Assembly (NCBI GenBank): GCA_016839815.1
Contig: JAEOTM010000143.1
Span: 26,461 to 90,460, forward strand
Reading direction: 5' to 3'
DNA length: 64,000 bases
From: Candidatus Hodarchaeota archaeon
GTDB taxonomy: Archaea > Asgardarchaeota > Heimdallarchaeia > Hodarchaeales > Hodarchaeaceae
The position numbers and the translations under genes are program-made. The notes beneath the pieces were generated by a model. That model did no database searches and was not told the DNA's origin. It was given only the letters and a program-made list of their open reading frames with translations. Every line of letters starts with the position of its first letter. Position 1 is the stretch's first letter. This document shows, piece after piece, positions 10,425 to 21,131 of this stretch.

Positions 10425-11465
10425 TTGAATAAATATAGAAATTTAGTCTTAGTATGTGTACTCTTAGCCTCCATCCTCGCTTTCTCTGGATGTACCGAAG
10501 AAGCTGGAGTGAACAAAATTGGTATTATTTTCGCTACTGGCGGACTTGGAGATAAATCATTCAATGATGCTGGATATCGAGGTTATGAACAGGCAAATGA
10601 GACATATGGGGACGAAATCGATGTGGATTATGTCGAACCTGACGATATTCCTGAATTTGCTACCTATCAGAATCAGATGGCAACTGATGGAACATACGAT
10701 CTCATTATTTGTATTGGATTCCTTCAAGCTACAGCGTTAAACGAATCAGCTGAAGATTTTCCTGAACAGAACTGGGTTATAATTGACGACGATACTATTA
10801 ATCGAACTAATGTTAAGTCAATAACCTTTAAAGAACATGAAGGAAGCTTTTTAGTCGGCGCAATGGCTGCAATGACAACTCAATCGGGTAAGCTTGGTTT
10901 CCTTGGTGGAATGAATATCTACCTAATAAATAAATTCCTTGCAGGCTATCAACAAGGAGCCGACTATATTGATGACTCCATTAATGTAACTGAGACATAC
11001 ATGCCAGTACCACCCCCAGCATGCTGGTTTGATGCTCCAACCGCAAAGAATGTTGGAGAAAACCTTTATAGTCAGGGCATAGATATAATATACGCTGCCG
11101 CTGGTGGAGCAGGCCAAGGTATTTTCCAAGCAGCTAATGAAACTACTGGTGTCTATGGTATTGGTGTAGATAGTGATCAAGATGGAGACATGCCTGGAAA
11201 AGTTCTCTGTTCAATGTTGAAATTAGTGGAAACTGCGGTATTCAATTCTATTCGGGATGTAGTTGAAGATACATGGACTGCTGATCCTGTTTCTTTGGGA
11301 CTAGCAGAGGAAGGTGTTGGAATTTCCCCAATGACCTATACTGATGCGATAAAGACTGGTAACTTCGAATTTGGTGGAGTTACAAAAACACGCTGGGAAT
11401 GGATTCAAGATATTAAAGGAAAAATAGTTGATGGTACTATCGTTGTAAGCGATACGCCTAGCTAA
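10425..11465 (+). CDS. BMP-family ABC substrate-binding lipoprotein (nucleosides)
   Basis: Signal peptide with lipobox-like LAFSGC; GGLGDKSFN, FKEHEGSFLVG, IGVDSDQ. Confidence 0.92.
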   Translation: MNKYRNLVLVCVLLASILAFSGCTEEAGVNKIGIIFATGGLGDKSFNDAGYRGYEQANETYGDEIDVDYVEPDDIPEFATYQNQMATDGTYDLIICIGFLQATALNESAEDFPEQNWVIIDDDTINRTNVKSITFKEHEGSFLVGAMAAMTTQSGKLGFLGGMNIYLINKFLAGYQQGADYIDDSINVTETYMPVPPPACWFDAPTAKNVGENLYSQGIDIIYAAAGGAGQGIFQAANETTGVYGIGVDSDQDGDMPGKVLCSMLKLVETAVFNSIRDVVEDTWTADPVSLGLAEEGVGISPMTYTDAIKTGNFEFGGVTKTRWEWIQDIKGKIVDGTIVVSDTPS

Positions 11466-11477
11466 GTTCCCTTCAAT

Positions 11478-11510
11478 AAATCCCCCTCTTTTTTTTATCC
11501 ACTTTTTTTG
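11478..11510 (+). terminator. oligo-T (archaeal-type) terminator candidate after the BMP gene
   Basis: Pyrimidine tract with two T7-8 runs just after the stop codon. Confidence 0.4.
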
Positions 11511-11593
11511 ATGATGTCTCCCAAAAGTATATTATAAATTTGTCTTTGTTAATGATTATTTCAATTCTTGATTGATTATAAGTTAGAGTTAAT

Positions 11594-13189
11594 TTGACAT
11601 CGAGCTCACGGAGAATAGCTGGCATGACCGTTGAAGACAAGATAGTTCCTGATGATAATTATTCCATTCAAATGAAAAATATAAATAAAACGTTTCCTGG
11701 TCCTGTTTATGCCAATAAAGGAGTTAATTTACATATACGCAAGGGAGAGATACATGCATTACTGGGCGAAAATGGAGCTGGAAAAACAACTCTTATGAAT
11801 GTATTGTATGGCCTTTATGGTCCTGATGACGACTCTTCACAGATTCTGATCAATGGCCGTGAAGTGAAAATTAAAGAACCAATGAATGCGATGGAAGTTG
11901 GAATTGGTATGGTTCACCAGCATTTTATGTTGGTACCAATAATGACTGTAGCTGAAAACTGTGGATTAGGCGCAGAATCTACTTTTCAAGGAATCAGGTT
12001 AGATGAAACCAAGATGAGAAACAAGGTTCAAAAGATCTCTCAGGAATTTGGCTTAGAAATAGATCCCGATTCTATTGTAGAAGATCTACCAGTTGGTCTG
12101 CAACAAAGAGTCGAGATATTAAAAATCCTCTATCGTGGTGCAGAAATCTTAATTTTAGACGAACCAACCGCAGTTTTGACTCCTCAAGAAGTTAATGCAT
12201 TATTCGAAACATTGAAAGCATTACAGGCTCAAGGGAAAACAATAATTATAATTACACATAAACTGAAAGAACCTATGTTTCTAGCTGACAGAATTACAGT
12301 TCTCCGTCAAGGACAAGTAATAGGTACGATTGACAAAGATAATACTACCTTAGAAGAACTAGCAGAAATGATGATTGGGAGAAAATTATTGAAGATAAAA
12401 CGTCCGGAATTATCAACAGGGGATATTCATCTAGAGCTAGACAATATATTTGTTACAGATGACCGAGAGCAGGAAGCAGTTAGAGGTGTTTCACTAAAAA
12501 TAAGAAAAGGTGAAATTTTAGGTTTAGCTGGAGTGGTCGGAAATGGCCAACGAGAATTAGCTGAAGCGATTACAGGTCTTCGTTATGTAAAGGAAGGAAA
12601 AATCCTAATGGGAGGACGGGATATAGCTAATAAATCACCACGATTTTTGTACGATTTTGGTTTAGCCTACATCCCAGAGGATCGTCAAAAAACAGGTTCT
12701 GTTGGTGACTTTACAATCGCAGAAAATATGATTCTTGGTATTCATCATCGAAAAGAATGGTATTTAACTGGAGCTCTTTCTAGCTTTCTGAACTGGGAGA
12801 AGATTTACGGAGAGGTAAACAAAAATGTTGAGAACTATGATATTCGTACACCTTCAATTACTACACCATTACGATATTTGTCAGGAGGGAATCAACAGAA
12901 AGTTATTGTTGCACGAGAATTATCGAAAAAACCTTCAGTAATTGTTGCAAGTCAACCTACCCGAGGACTGGATGTTGGAGTTATAGAATATGTACATACA
13001 AGATTATTAGAACTTAGGAAAGAAGGAAAGGCAATCCTTTTAATCTCAAGCGATCTAGACGAAATTCTATCAATATCTGATAGAATTGCTGTAATATATG
13101 AGGGAGAAATAATTGCGATCGAAGATCCATCAGAAACTAATGAACAGAGATTAGGACTACTAATGGCTGGACAAAATTTAGGTGATTAA
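11594..13189 (+). CDS. nucleoside/sugar (CUT2, NupA/YufO-type) ABC ATP-binding protein, two NBDs
   Basis: GENGAGKT, MVHQHF, LILDEPT, LSGGNQQK, QPTRGLD. Confidence 0.93.
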   Translation: MTSSSRRIAGMTVEDKIVPDDNYSIQMKNINKTFPGPVYANKGVNLHIRKGEIHALLGENGAGKTTLMNVLYGLYGPDDDSSQILINGREVKIKEPMNAMEVGIGMVHQHFMLVPIMTVAENCGLGAESTFQGIRLDETKMRNKVQKISQEFGLEIDPDSIVEDLPVGLQQRVEILKILYRGAEILILDEPTAVLTPQEVNALFETLKALQAQGKTIIIITHKLKEPMFLADRITVLRQGQVIGTIDKDNTTLEELAEMMIGRKLLKIKRPELSTGDIHLELDNIFVTDDREQEAVRGVSLKIRKGEILGLAGVVGNGQRELAEAITGLRYVKEGKILMGGRDIANKSPRFLYDFGLAYIPEDRQKTGSVGDFTIAENMILGIHHRKEWYLTGALSSFLNWEKIYGEVNKNVENYDIRTPSITTPLRYLSGGNQQKVIVARELSKKPSVIVASQPTRGLDVGVIEYVHTRLLELRKEGKAILLISSDLDEILSISDRIAVIYEGEIIAIEDPSETNEQRLGLLMAGQNLGD

Positions 13190-13191
13190 AA

Positions 13192-16098
13192 ATGAGTTTA
13201 ATGAAGTCAGAGAAGCTAAATATAATTATTGTCCCTATAGTGTCAATTATTTTGGCACTTCTATTAGGAACTGGCTTATTAATTTGGATGGAGTTTGACC
13301 CACTAAACACATGGGCTTACTTGGTAGTAAAAACCATGACACCCAATAATATTGCTAATACTCTTTTTAATTCGGCTCCCTTATTATTAACAGGACTTTC
13401 AGTGGCTGTAGCGTTTAGAGGAGGAATGTTTAACATTGGAACAGAGGGACAAATGATGTTTGGTGGATTCGTGGCTGCTTTAGCAGGATTTGGACTGGGT
13501 CAATATTTTGATATTAAGTTACCACCCTATATCATGATTCCATTAGTATTAATTATGGGTATGATAGGGGGAGCTCTTTGGGCTGCTATCCCAGGATTAC
13601 TAAAAGCAAAACGAGGAGTTCATGAAGTTATAACGACTATTATGATGAATAACATTGCAGTTCTGCTAATGATTTATTTTGTTGGTGATCCTGAATTTTC
13701 ACCCTTCATTGACAAATTTGGAGGAAATACCTCCCCACTTACACCAAAAATTGCTGAATCGGCTCGTTTTGAACATATCGGTGATACATTAACTAATTCG
13801 CCTCTAGACTTCTTAGTAGTGTCGTTTAGACGTTCTCTTTTACATTGGGGTATACTAGTTGGCTTATTAGCATGTATAGTCGTGTACATCTTATTATGGA
13901 GAACAAGATATGGATATGAAACACGAGCAGTCGGATTTAACAAACAGGCAGCGGAATATGGTGGAATAAACGTTTCGAGAAATATTATTAAAACAATGAT
14001 GATATGTGGAGCAATGGGAGGACTTGCTGGGGCAATAGAAGTAATGGGGACTCATTATCGATTTATAGATGGTTTTACAGCTGGTTATGGGTTTGATGGT
14101 ATTGCAGTAGCCCTTTTAGGTGGGAATCATCCTTTTGGAATAATTTTTGGTGCAGTCTTATTTGGATGGTTGACTACTGGAGGAGTAGTTCTAGATATTG
14201 GAACTGATGTACCTAAAGATGTAGCAAACACGCTAAAAGGATTTATCGTCTTTTTCGTAGCTGTTCCATTAATTGCACAACAATTACTTAACTTTTCTCA
14301 AAAAAGAGGGTGGGATCGTCGAATAAAATCAAAATTCACAGGAGTGCTAGCAATCATAAAGGATCAATGGAGATCGATTCTCGTAGGTCTTTTAACTGTG
14401 TTTATGTTATTTTACGTTCCTGAAATTATCTCTTTGATTTCTCAACCGCTTCAAGAAATAGGAGATTCAATCTTTGAACCTGTCTCGAATTTTTTTGTCA
14501 GCTTCGAATTTCTTGAACCAGCAGTAGAATTTTTGGAAAGCGTATTTTCGATTAGACTCATTTTTACAGTTTCAGTAATGGTTATTATCGTCTTCGGTCT
14601 GTTTAAAGGACGACAGAGAGGATTGCATCGATATAGTCAGTATTTGCTTATAATTCTTAGTGGTATCTTGTGTATCGACACAATATTCCAAATTTACAGG
14701 ATTTTTGGGCAAGATATTACGCTTTTCGGCATGATCTTGTTAATTTTAGGATTCATAGTCTTTCAAGAAATTAAAGTAAGAGGTAGTGATATAGAAACAC
14801 AAGAAATGCTTGAAAGAAAAGCACATCTCAGGAAAGATACGGAAGAAAGTCTTAGAAAATATTCTTTTATTATAATACTGACAGTTATCATTATCATTGT
14901 AATGATAATAACTTCATCGTTACCGTTAACAAATCCTATTGATTTACCACCTTCAAATCTAATTAATATTCCTCCATTCATTACAATTAGGAATTGGGGA
15001 TCAGTGGTAGCTCTTGCAGGAATTATTGTCTTAATATTAAGTGCAATTTATATATCAAAACTCCACCTTCCTGAAACTCATAGTTTATTCTATCTTATGA
15101 CTGGAATAAGAATCCTGTATGGATTTACCGCTGTTTCAATGATTTTCGGGTTGAACTCATCGAATTTATTACGTCAAACACTTGAAATGGCAGCTCCCAT
15201 TGGCATGGCATCCCTTGGAGGTATGTTTTCAGAAAAATCAGGGGTCGTAAATATTGGATTAGAGGGGATGATGTTATCTGGAGCCTTTGTCTCTGTATGG
15301 ATAACCTTCGAGACGGGTAACCCCTGGTTAGGAGTTCTAGGTGCCATTATTGGTGGTGGACTGATGGGTTTGTTGCATGCAATCGCCTCCATTCGCTTTC
15401 GTGCTGATCAGGTCGTTGTTGGTGTAGCAATCAATCTTGTAGCTTCAGCTTTAACAGCTTTAGGAATCCTAATTGTCTGGGATGTCCAAGGTACAAGTGA
15501 AAGAGCTGTACCTTTTACAAAGGTTAAATTAGATATTCTTACAGAAATTCCCATCATAGGTGACTTACTTTTCGAGCTTTCTGGTGGAGTAAAAGGTCTC
15601 TCCCCAATCGTCTATGTCTTCATTTTTGTGATTATAGTAAGCGCCTGGGTTATTCAACGAACAGCTTTTGGATTAAGAATTAGAGCAGTCGGTGAACACC
15701 CCAGGGCAGCTGATACATTAGGAATTAATGTTTATCAAATCCGTTACATATGTGTAGTTCTTTCAGGAATTCTAGCAGCAGTAGGTGGAGCTCAACTTAC
15801 TCTAGGGACAGTACCTAATTTTAGGACTGATGTTACTTCAGGGCGAGGTTTTGTTGCACTTGCTGCATTAATTTTTGGTGGTTGGACCCCAATTGGAGCG
15901 GCACTAGCTAGTTTACTTTTTGCATTTGCCTATGCTTTCCTAGCTCAATTTGAATTACGTGATATTACTTGGATCTGGAACGCAGAGAAGCTTGTTTCCA
16001 CACTTCCCTTTGTAATCACAATCATAACTGTGTCAACAGTAGCTAAACGCGCAAGAGCTCCTGCAGCTGATGGGATACCCTATGTTAAGGAAGGTTAA
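13192..16098 (+). CDS. fused NupB + NupC-type ABC permease with a central extra membrane region
   Basis: N-part FNIGTEGQ...GYGFDGIAVALLG; C-part SEKSGVVNIGLEG...GEHPRAADTLG...GRGFVALAA; about 290 hydrophobic residues lie between them. Confidence 0.88.
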   Translation: MSLMKSEKLNIIIVPIVSIILALLLGTGLLIWMEFDPLNTWAYLVVKTMTPNNIANTLFNSAPLLLTGLSVAVAFRGGMFNIGTEGQMMFGGFVAALAGFGLGQYFDIKLPPYIMIPLVLIMGMIGGALWAAIPGLLKAKRGVHEVITTIMMNNIAVLLMIYFVGDPEFSPFIDKFGGNTSPLTPKIAESARFEHIGDTLTNSPLDFLVVSFRRSLLHWGILVGLLACIVVYILLWRTRYGYETRAVGFNKQAAEYGGINVSRNIIKTMMICGAMGGLAGAIEVMGTHYRFIDGFTAGYGFDGIAVALLGGNHPFGIIFGAVLFGWLTTGGVVLDIGTDVPKDVANTLKGFIVFFVAVPLIAQQLLNFSQKRGWDRRIKSKFTGVLAIIKDQWRSILVGLLTVFMLFYVPEIISLISQPLQEIGDSIFEPVSNFFVSFEFLEPAVEFLESVFSIRLIFTVSVMVIIVFGLFKGRQRGLHRYSQYLLIILSGILCIDTIFQIYRIFGQDITLFGMILLILGFIVFQEIKVRGSDIETQEMLERKAHLRKDTEESLRKYSFIIILTVIIIIVMIITSSLPLTNPIDLPPSNLINIPPFITIRNWGSVVALAGIIVLILSAIYISKLHLPETHSLFYLMTGIRILYGFTAVSMIFGLNSSNLLRQTLEMAAPIGMASLGGMFSEKSGVVNIGLEGMMLSGAFVSVWITFETGNPWLGVLGAIIGGGLMGLLHAIASIRFRADQVVVGVAINLVASALTALGILIVWDVQGTSERAVPFTKVKLDILTEIPIIGDLLFELSGGVKGLSPIVYVFIFVIIVSAWVIQRTAFGLRIRAVGEHPRAADTLGINVYQIRYICVVLSGILAAVGGAQLTLGTVPNFRTDVTSGRGFVALAALIFGGWTPIGAALASLLFAFAYAFLAQFELRDITWIWNAEKLVSTLPFVITIITVSTVAKRARAPAADGIPYVKEG

Positions 16099-16153
16099 AC
16101 CCTTCTTTTTTATTAGTTTGATATCACTAAAAAGTCAATTGGATTGAATTGAA

Positions 16154-17389
16154 ATGGAAAAAACGCTTGTCTCCTTTTTTTCCCCAATTTCAGATGAAAA
16201 AAGTAATTTGAATTTAATGGAGAAGTGTAAGATAGGAGGATGGAAAGCTATCCTTCCTTCTGAGGCAAATCAAATTTCACTTGAACAAGAATACGATGTC
16301 ATATGGCTTTTTATAGGAACAGGAGGAACTGAAAAGTTAGTGATTGATTATCTTGAAAAAAACTCTAATAAAATCATACCCCTCATTGTAACCCATGACC
16401 ATTACAATTCTCTTCCTGCAGGAATGGAAATTAGACGATATCTTGAAGATAATGGAGTCAATACGAGGATAATTCATATCGATATGAATAATGTAACTGA
16501 AACTCTAGATCAGGAGCTGTTAATACACGAAGTTAGGCAGAAATTACAGAATTATAAGCTTGGGTTGATAGGAGAGGTGTCAGATTGGTTAATCGCTTCT
16601 AGAATAATTCCCGAGAGTGTAAAGGATATATGGGGATTAGATTTGATTTCAATTCCCATGTCAGAACTAATTGATTCACTTTCCACCCATCGTAGTGAGA
16701 CATTTTCTCATACTACAGAGGAGTTTCTTAATAAGGCGAAAAACTCCGATCGCTCCAAAAAACAAATCCAGGAAGCCCAATATGTAGTTCGCGCAATTGA
16801 AGACCTAGTTCAAAAGTATTCTCTAGATGGATTCTCCATTGAATGCTTTTCCTTGATTCAAGCAACGAATAGTACATCGTGTTATGCTCTTTCATATTTT
16901 AACGATATCGGACTTGTTGCTGGTTGTGAAGGAGATATTCCCTCAACTTTTACTATGATTCTTGTCAGACTTTTATTGGATCAACCATCTTTTATGGCCA
17001 ATGTCGTAACTGTCAATCAAGAGGAAAATTCAGTGAATTTAGCTCATTGCACGGTACCCTTAAGTATGACAGAGAATTATACAATCCGCTCGCACTTCGA
17101 ATCTAATAAAGGAGTAGCGCTTAAAGGTGAATTCAAAGAAAATGAACCTATTACACTCATAAAAGTTGGTGGGAGCTCCTTAACTGACTGGTGGGTATCC
17201 TCTGGAACCATTATAAGTAATCAGGACGATGAGGGGTGCTGTCGAACACAAGTAGAAGTTCATCTCAGGAATTCAGTCGATTACTTTTTACACAATTCCT
17301 TAGCTAATCATCATATTATGGTGATGGGAGATCATCAGAGGAAATTTGAGAATCTCCTTACACAATTCTCAAAGAAGGAGAATGGTTAA
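16154..17389 (+). CDS. L-fucose/L-arabinose isomerase-like protein
   Basis: TGGTE, NSLPAGME, CEGD, AHCT, HFES, CRTQ, NHH. Confidence 0.75.
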   Translation: MEKTLVSFFSPISDEKSNLNLMEKCKIGGWKAILPSEANQISLEQEYDVIWLFIGTGGTEKLVIDYLEKNSNKIIPLIVTHDHYNSLPAGMEIRRYLEDNGVNTRIIHIDMNNVTETLDQELLIHEVRQKLQNYKLGLIGEVSDWLIASRIIPESVKDIWGLDLISIPMSELIDSLSTHRSETFSHTTEEFLNKAKNSDRSKKQIQEAQYVVRAIEDLVQKYSLDGFSIECFSLIQATNSTSCYALSYFNDIGLVAGCEGDIPSTFTMILVRLLLDQPSFMANVVTVNQEENSVNLAHCTVPLSMTENYTIRSHFESNKGVALKGEFKENEPITLIKVGGSSLTDWWVSSGTIISNQDDEGCCRTQVEVHLRNSVDYFLHNSLANHHIMVMGDHQRKFENLLTQFSKKENG

Positions 17390-19872
17390 GACGCCCGAAG
17401 CCGTGAGTTAATCGTTAACCGTTCCAATGTCATTTTAACTGTATCTTTCACAAATTCGTTCTCTTTGACATATTCCTCTAAGTATTTCTTGACTTGCTCA
17501 GGATTTTCCAGACCTGCTAAGGAAACCACATTGCTGATTACACTTTCAAAATGTGTTGGATGAAGTTTTTCCAATTTTGATCTATTTTTCTTGAACCAGT
17601 TCCATAAGTGATCGATAATGAACAGATTCCTTGCTGCAATTATAACAGGGAAGATTTTATTCTTATTAGGCACGTTTTCTACAACGTAATCTAATGATTT
17701 AAGCATGAGATCTTTATCTTCGAAACTACCAATGGCGCGTAAGATATTCATTACTTCAGGTTCAGGAGTGTCTCCATCTTCGAGTTTTTGAAGTAAATCT
17801 GGAAATGATGATGGATTTTGGGCAGCTCCAATTCTCATTATACTTGATAATAGATCTGGATGAACAGTTTGCCCTTCAAGATAGTCATTAAACTTCTGTA
17901 AGCCAAATTCGGCGACTCCTTCATCATTAAAGAGATAACTTGAAAGTAGGAGCGAACTCCTTAGGCTTGTTATCTTATGTGATTCTTTCTCTTTAGGCTC
18001 ATATCCAATCTGTTCCAACACTTTAAAGAATGTATTAAATCCAATTGTACTAATTCTCTCTCGTCTTGATTCAATTACTCGGAAGGCATGCACTAAATTA
18101 GCACTCATAGCAACAAGCGGTAAATACTCATCTTCATGAGTATAATATTCCATAAAATCTAAATAATCATCGATAGAATAATCCTCACTTCTCACAAAGG
18201 CATATAGATCGTTGTGGAGCCCATAACGGTCTCTTGGTGAAAGAATTTTTTGTTTTACTAAATTTCCCAACGCGTGAAGGTTCTCTTTTTCATATTTTAC
18301 TCGGTAGAAACCTGTTTGCTCATAATTGAATTTATATGCAGTCATACCGTCTGGGATAGGGATTTCAATTGATTTTTCGCTGAAAACCAATCGTTTCGTC
18401 TCGATCAGTTGATTTTCTTGATAAAACGAAACAGTAAGAGGAATTATCCAAATCTCACTTGAAGATATATCGAGAAATGTAAAGCGACTTTGTTCACAGT
18501 GTAAGTTATTTCCAGTCTTCTGGACAGTTATTAACGGATAACCAGGCTGATAAATCCATGTTTTCATCATTTCAGAAATAGGTTCCCCTGTAGCTTCTTC
18601 TATCCCTTGCCAATATGCGCTACTTTCAGCACACTCGAATTTATACTTATTCAAAAAGTGTTGTATTCCTTTCTTAAATTTGGTTTCACCAAGGTATCCT
18701 TGAATCATTTGTAAGATTGCCCCACCTTTTGAATATATAATTGGAGCTGTTGCAGCAGTAATTTTTGTTACTTCTCCTTTTCCTGGAAGTTCTATTGGAA
18801 ATGTTTCAATTAATGAATCTCGTTCGAAAGCGGAATCGACTTCACCAACCAAAAATCCTTCCCAAATTTCCCATTCAGGATGATAATGATCAGCAATTGC
18901 ATAACCAAACAGTGTGGCAAATGATTCATTTAACCAGATATATTTCCAATCTGCAGGACTTACTAAGTTCCCAAACCATTGGTGAGCTACTTCATGTGCG
19001 ATTACTTCCGCAATTCTCTCAACACCAACTTTTGAAGTTATGCCAGGATAAACTAGTAGGATATTTTCTCTATAGGTTATAGCAGCGTAATTTTCCATTG
19101 CCCCAAATGCAAAATCGGGAACAGCAATTTGATCTAGCTTGTCAATGGGAAATTTGATCCCAGTATATTGTTCTCCAAATTCAATACTTTTTCTACCAAA
19201 ATCTAATGCATAATCCGCATACTGTGCTTTTCCTGGAGTAGTGGCAATACGATAGCGTATAGCCTCGGAGGAAGATTCAAGATATTCAAAATCTCCAATT
19301 CCAAAAAATAATAAATAACTCGACATTTTGGGAGTAGTGTTAAATTTTATTAGCTTTTTATCATTCTCTAAATCAGTTTCTGACTTAATACGGGTGTTAG
19401 CTATTCCGGAAAGCTCTTTATCAATAATATATTCTATATCGAATGTTGCTTTCTTGGAGGGATGATCAAAACAAGGAAAAACTTGTCGTGCATGTTCTTC
19501 TTCGAATTGTGTGACTGCAATGAATTTTTCCTCTCCATTGTCAATGTATTTACTTCTATAAAGACCCAATAATTGATCATTGATGCTTCCAACAAAATCA
19601 ATCTTCAGATTAATCCAATTTTCTTTCTCTGGGAGGTTTATAGAAAGTGTTTGTTTTTGAGGATTGACATTGAAGGAGCACTCCACGTCTTTTTCATCTT
19701 TTTTTAATAGACACTTCCAGATAGCAAGCTCATGTACATTCAGTTCAATTTCGTTGACAGGTTCTGTTGAATTAATATGTATTTCTGTTGAACCATTGAA
19801 TTTGAATGTCGACAAGTCTGGCTCTAAATGTATATTATAATGTATAGGGAAAATTTCGACCATAATTCTCAC
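17386..19872 (-). CDS. M1 family aminopeptidase (tricorn factor F2/F3 / puromycin-sensitive type)
   Basis: FPCFD, GAMEN, HEVAH-x18-E (WLNESFA), ERAP1-like C-domain. Confidence 0.95.
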   Translation of the reverse strand: MRIMVEIFPIHYNIHLEPDLSTFKFNGSTEIHINSTEPVNEIELNVHELAIWKCLLKKDEKDVECSFNVNPQKQTLSINLPEKENWINLKIDFVGSINDQLLGLYRSKYIDNGEEKFIAVTQFEEEHARQVFPCFDHPSKKATFDIEYIIDKELSGIANTRIKSETDLENDKKLIKFNTTPKMSSYLLFFGIGDFEYLESSSEAIRYRIATTPGKAQYADYALDFGRKSIEFGEQYTGIKFPIDKLDQIAVPDFAFGAMENYAAITYRENILLVYPGITSKVGVERIAEVIAHEVAHQWFGNLVSPADWKYIWLNESFATLFGYAIADHYHPEWEIWEGFLVGEVDSAFERDSLIETFPIELPGKGEVTKITAATAPIIYSKGGAILQMIQGYLGETKFKKGIQHFLNKYKFECAESSAYWQGIEEATGEPISEMMKTWIYQPGYPLITVQKTGNNLHCEQSRFTFLDISSSEIWIIPLTVSFYQENQLIETKRLVFSEKSIEIPIPDGMTAYKFNYEQTGFYRVKYEKENLHALGNLVKQKILSPRDRYGLHNDLYAFVRSEDYSIDDYLDFMEYYTHEDEYLPLVAMSANLVHAFRVIESRRERISTIGFNTFFKVLEQIGYEPKEKESHKITSLRSSLLLSSYLFNDEGVAEFGLQKFNDYLEGQTVHPDLLSSIMRIGAAQNPSSFPDLLQKLEDGDTPEPEVMNILRAIGSFEDKDLMLKSLDYVVENVPNKNKIFPVIIAARNLFIIDHLWNWFKKNRSKLEKLHPTHFESVISNVVSLAGLENPEQVKKYLEEYVKENEFVKDTVKMTLERLTINSRLRAS

Positions 19873-19990
19873 ATTGAGGTTAGAGTTTAGTTGAATAACC
19901 CGATTCAGAAAGAATTCTAAAATCCATATGATTGTTTTTCAAAAAAAAGGAGCACAATGCTACCATGTGAGGTTTAGTTCTAGATTTAGT

Positions 19991-20992
19991 TCAGGATTGA
20001 AGCTGATTATTGCTCCTCATCCACTCAATTGTAGTTGCTACTCCTGTTTCAAAATCAACGGTGGGAACAAATCCTAACTCATTTTTAGCCTTGGTATTTA
20101 AATAGTTTCGACTGGTAGGTATTTTCTTTAATGCATTAGGTACATAAGGATACCCAAAACCCCTCCAGCGATAGTATTTCACTATAAAAGGCCAAAATGG
20201 TCGTGCAAGAATTAAAGGAAATGGTGAGATAAAAATAGGCTTTCTTCTCCCTAGTTTTTGCGCTATAGTAGTAAATATACTGCGATAGGTCTGAGGTTCA
20301 TCCGAAGCTAAAATATAGATTTGACCAATGGATTTTTCTCTGTTGTTTACAATTTTAAGGAACCCTTGGATGATATCATCAATAAATGTAAAATGAAGTA
20401 AGGTTTTTGCTGAAGTTGGGAAGAATTTATTGATTATTGTTTTATCTACTGATTCGATCATCTCTTTAAAGACGTATCGATCACCAGGTCCAAATACCCC
20501 TGTAGGACGCACAATAGTGACAGGAAACTGATTTTGTTCATACATTTGAATCAGTGCCCTTTCAGCCTCCATTTTACTACGTCCATATTCTTCATCGGGA
20601 TTGTAATCTGATTTTTCTGTTCCATCAACAACTTTTCCCATTGCCTCGGTAGTTGAACAATACACAAAATGTTTCACCTTAGCATTCATGCACGCCTCAG
20701 CTAGCTTTAATGTAGCAACTACGTTGTGTTCAAATAACGCCTCTTTTGAAGCTAAAAAGTTAAAATTAGCTGCAAAGTGAACGACACATTCTTTCCCCCC
20801 AACGGCATGTGAAAAGTCATCAGGTTTTGTTAAATCAAATTCAGTAAACTTAACAGTAAGAGAATTTAGTTCATCAATATTAGAAGTCTTTCTGATTGCA
20901 CAATAAATTTCAGCGGTTGGTTGTTCTTTGATTAAAGCCTTAACAAAAGCTTTACCGATAAATCCACTTGCTCCTGTAACTAAAATGCGCAT
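19991..20992 (-). CDS. NAD-dependent epimerase/dehydratase (extended SDR)
   Basis: VTGASGFIG, YGRSK, RPTGVFGP. Confidence 0.9.
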   Translation of the reverse strand: MRILVTGASGFIGKAFVKALIKEQPTAEIYCAIRKTSNIDELNSLTVKFTEFDLTKPDDFSHAVGGKECVVHFAANFNFLASKEALFEHNVVATLKLAEACMNAKVKHFVYCSTTEAMGKVVDGTEKSDYNPDEEYGRSKMEAERALIQMYEQNQFPVTIVRPTGVFGPGDRYVFKEMIESVDKTIINKFFPTSAKTLLHFTFIDDIIQGFLKIVNNREKSIGQIYILASDEPQTYRSIFTTIAQKLGRRKPIFISPFPLILARPFWPFIVKYYRWRGFGYPYVPNALKKIPTSRNYLNTKAKNELGFVPTVDFETGVATTIEWMRSNNQLQS

Positions 20993-21131
20993 ATAAATCG
21001 AAAACGAGAAATTAGATTTATCATAAAAGGCATTTGGGTTTTTAGTCTATTGAGATTAATCGAAGTCTTAATCAATTTGAGAAAGTATGAAGGATCACGA
21101 TAAAGCTGAATACTGACACTGAGTTGAACCT

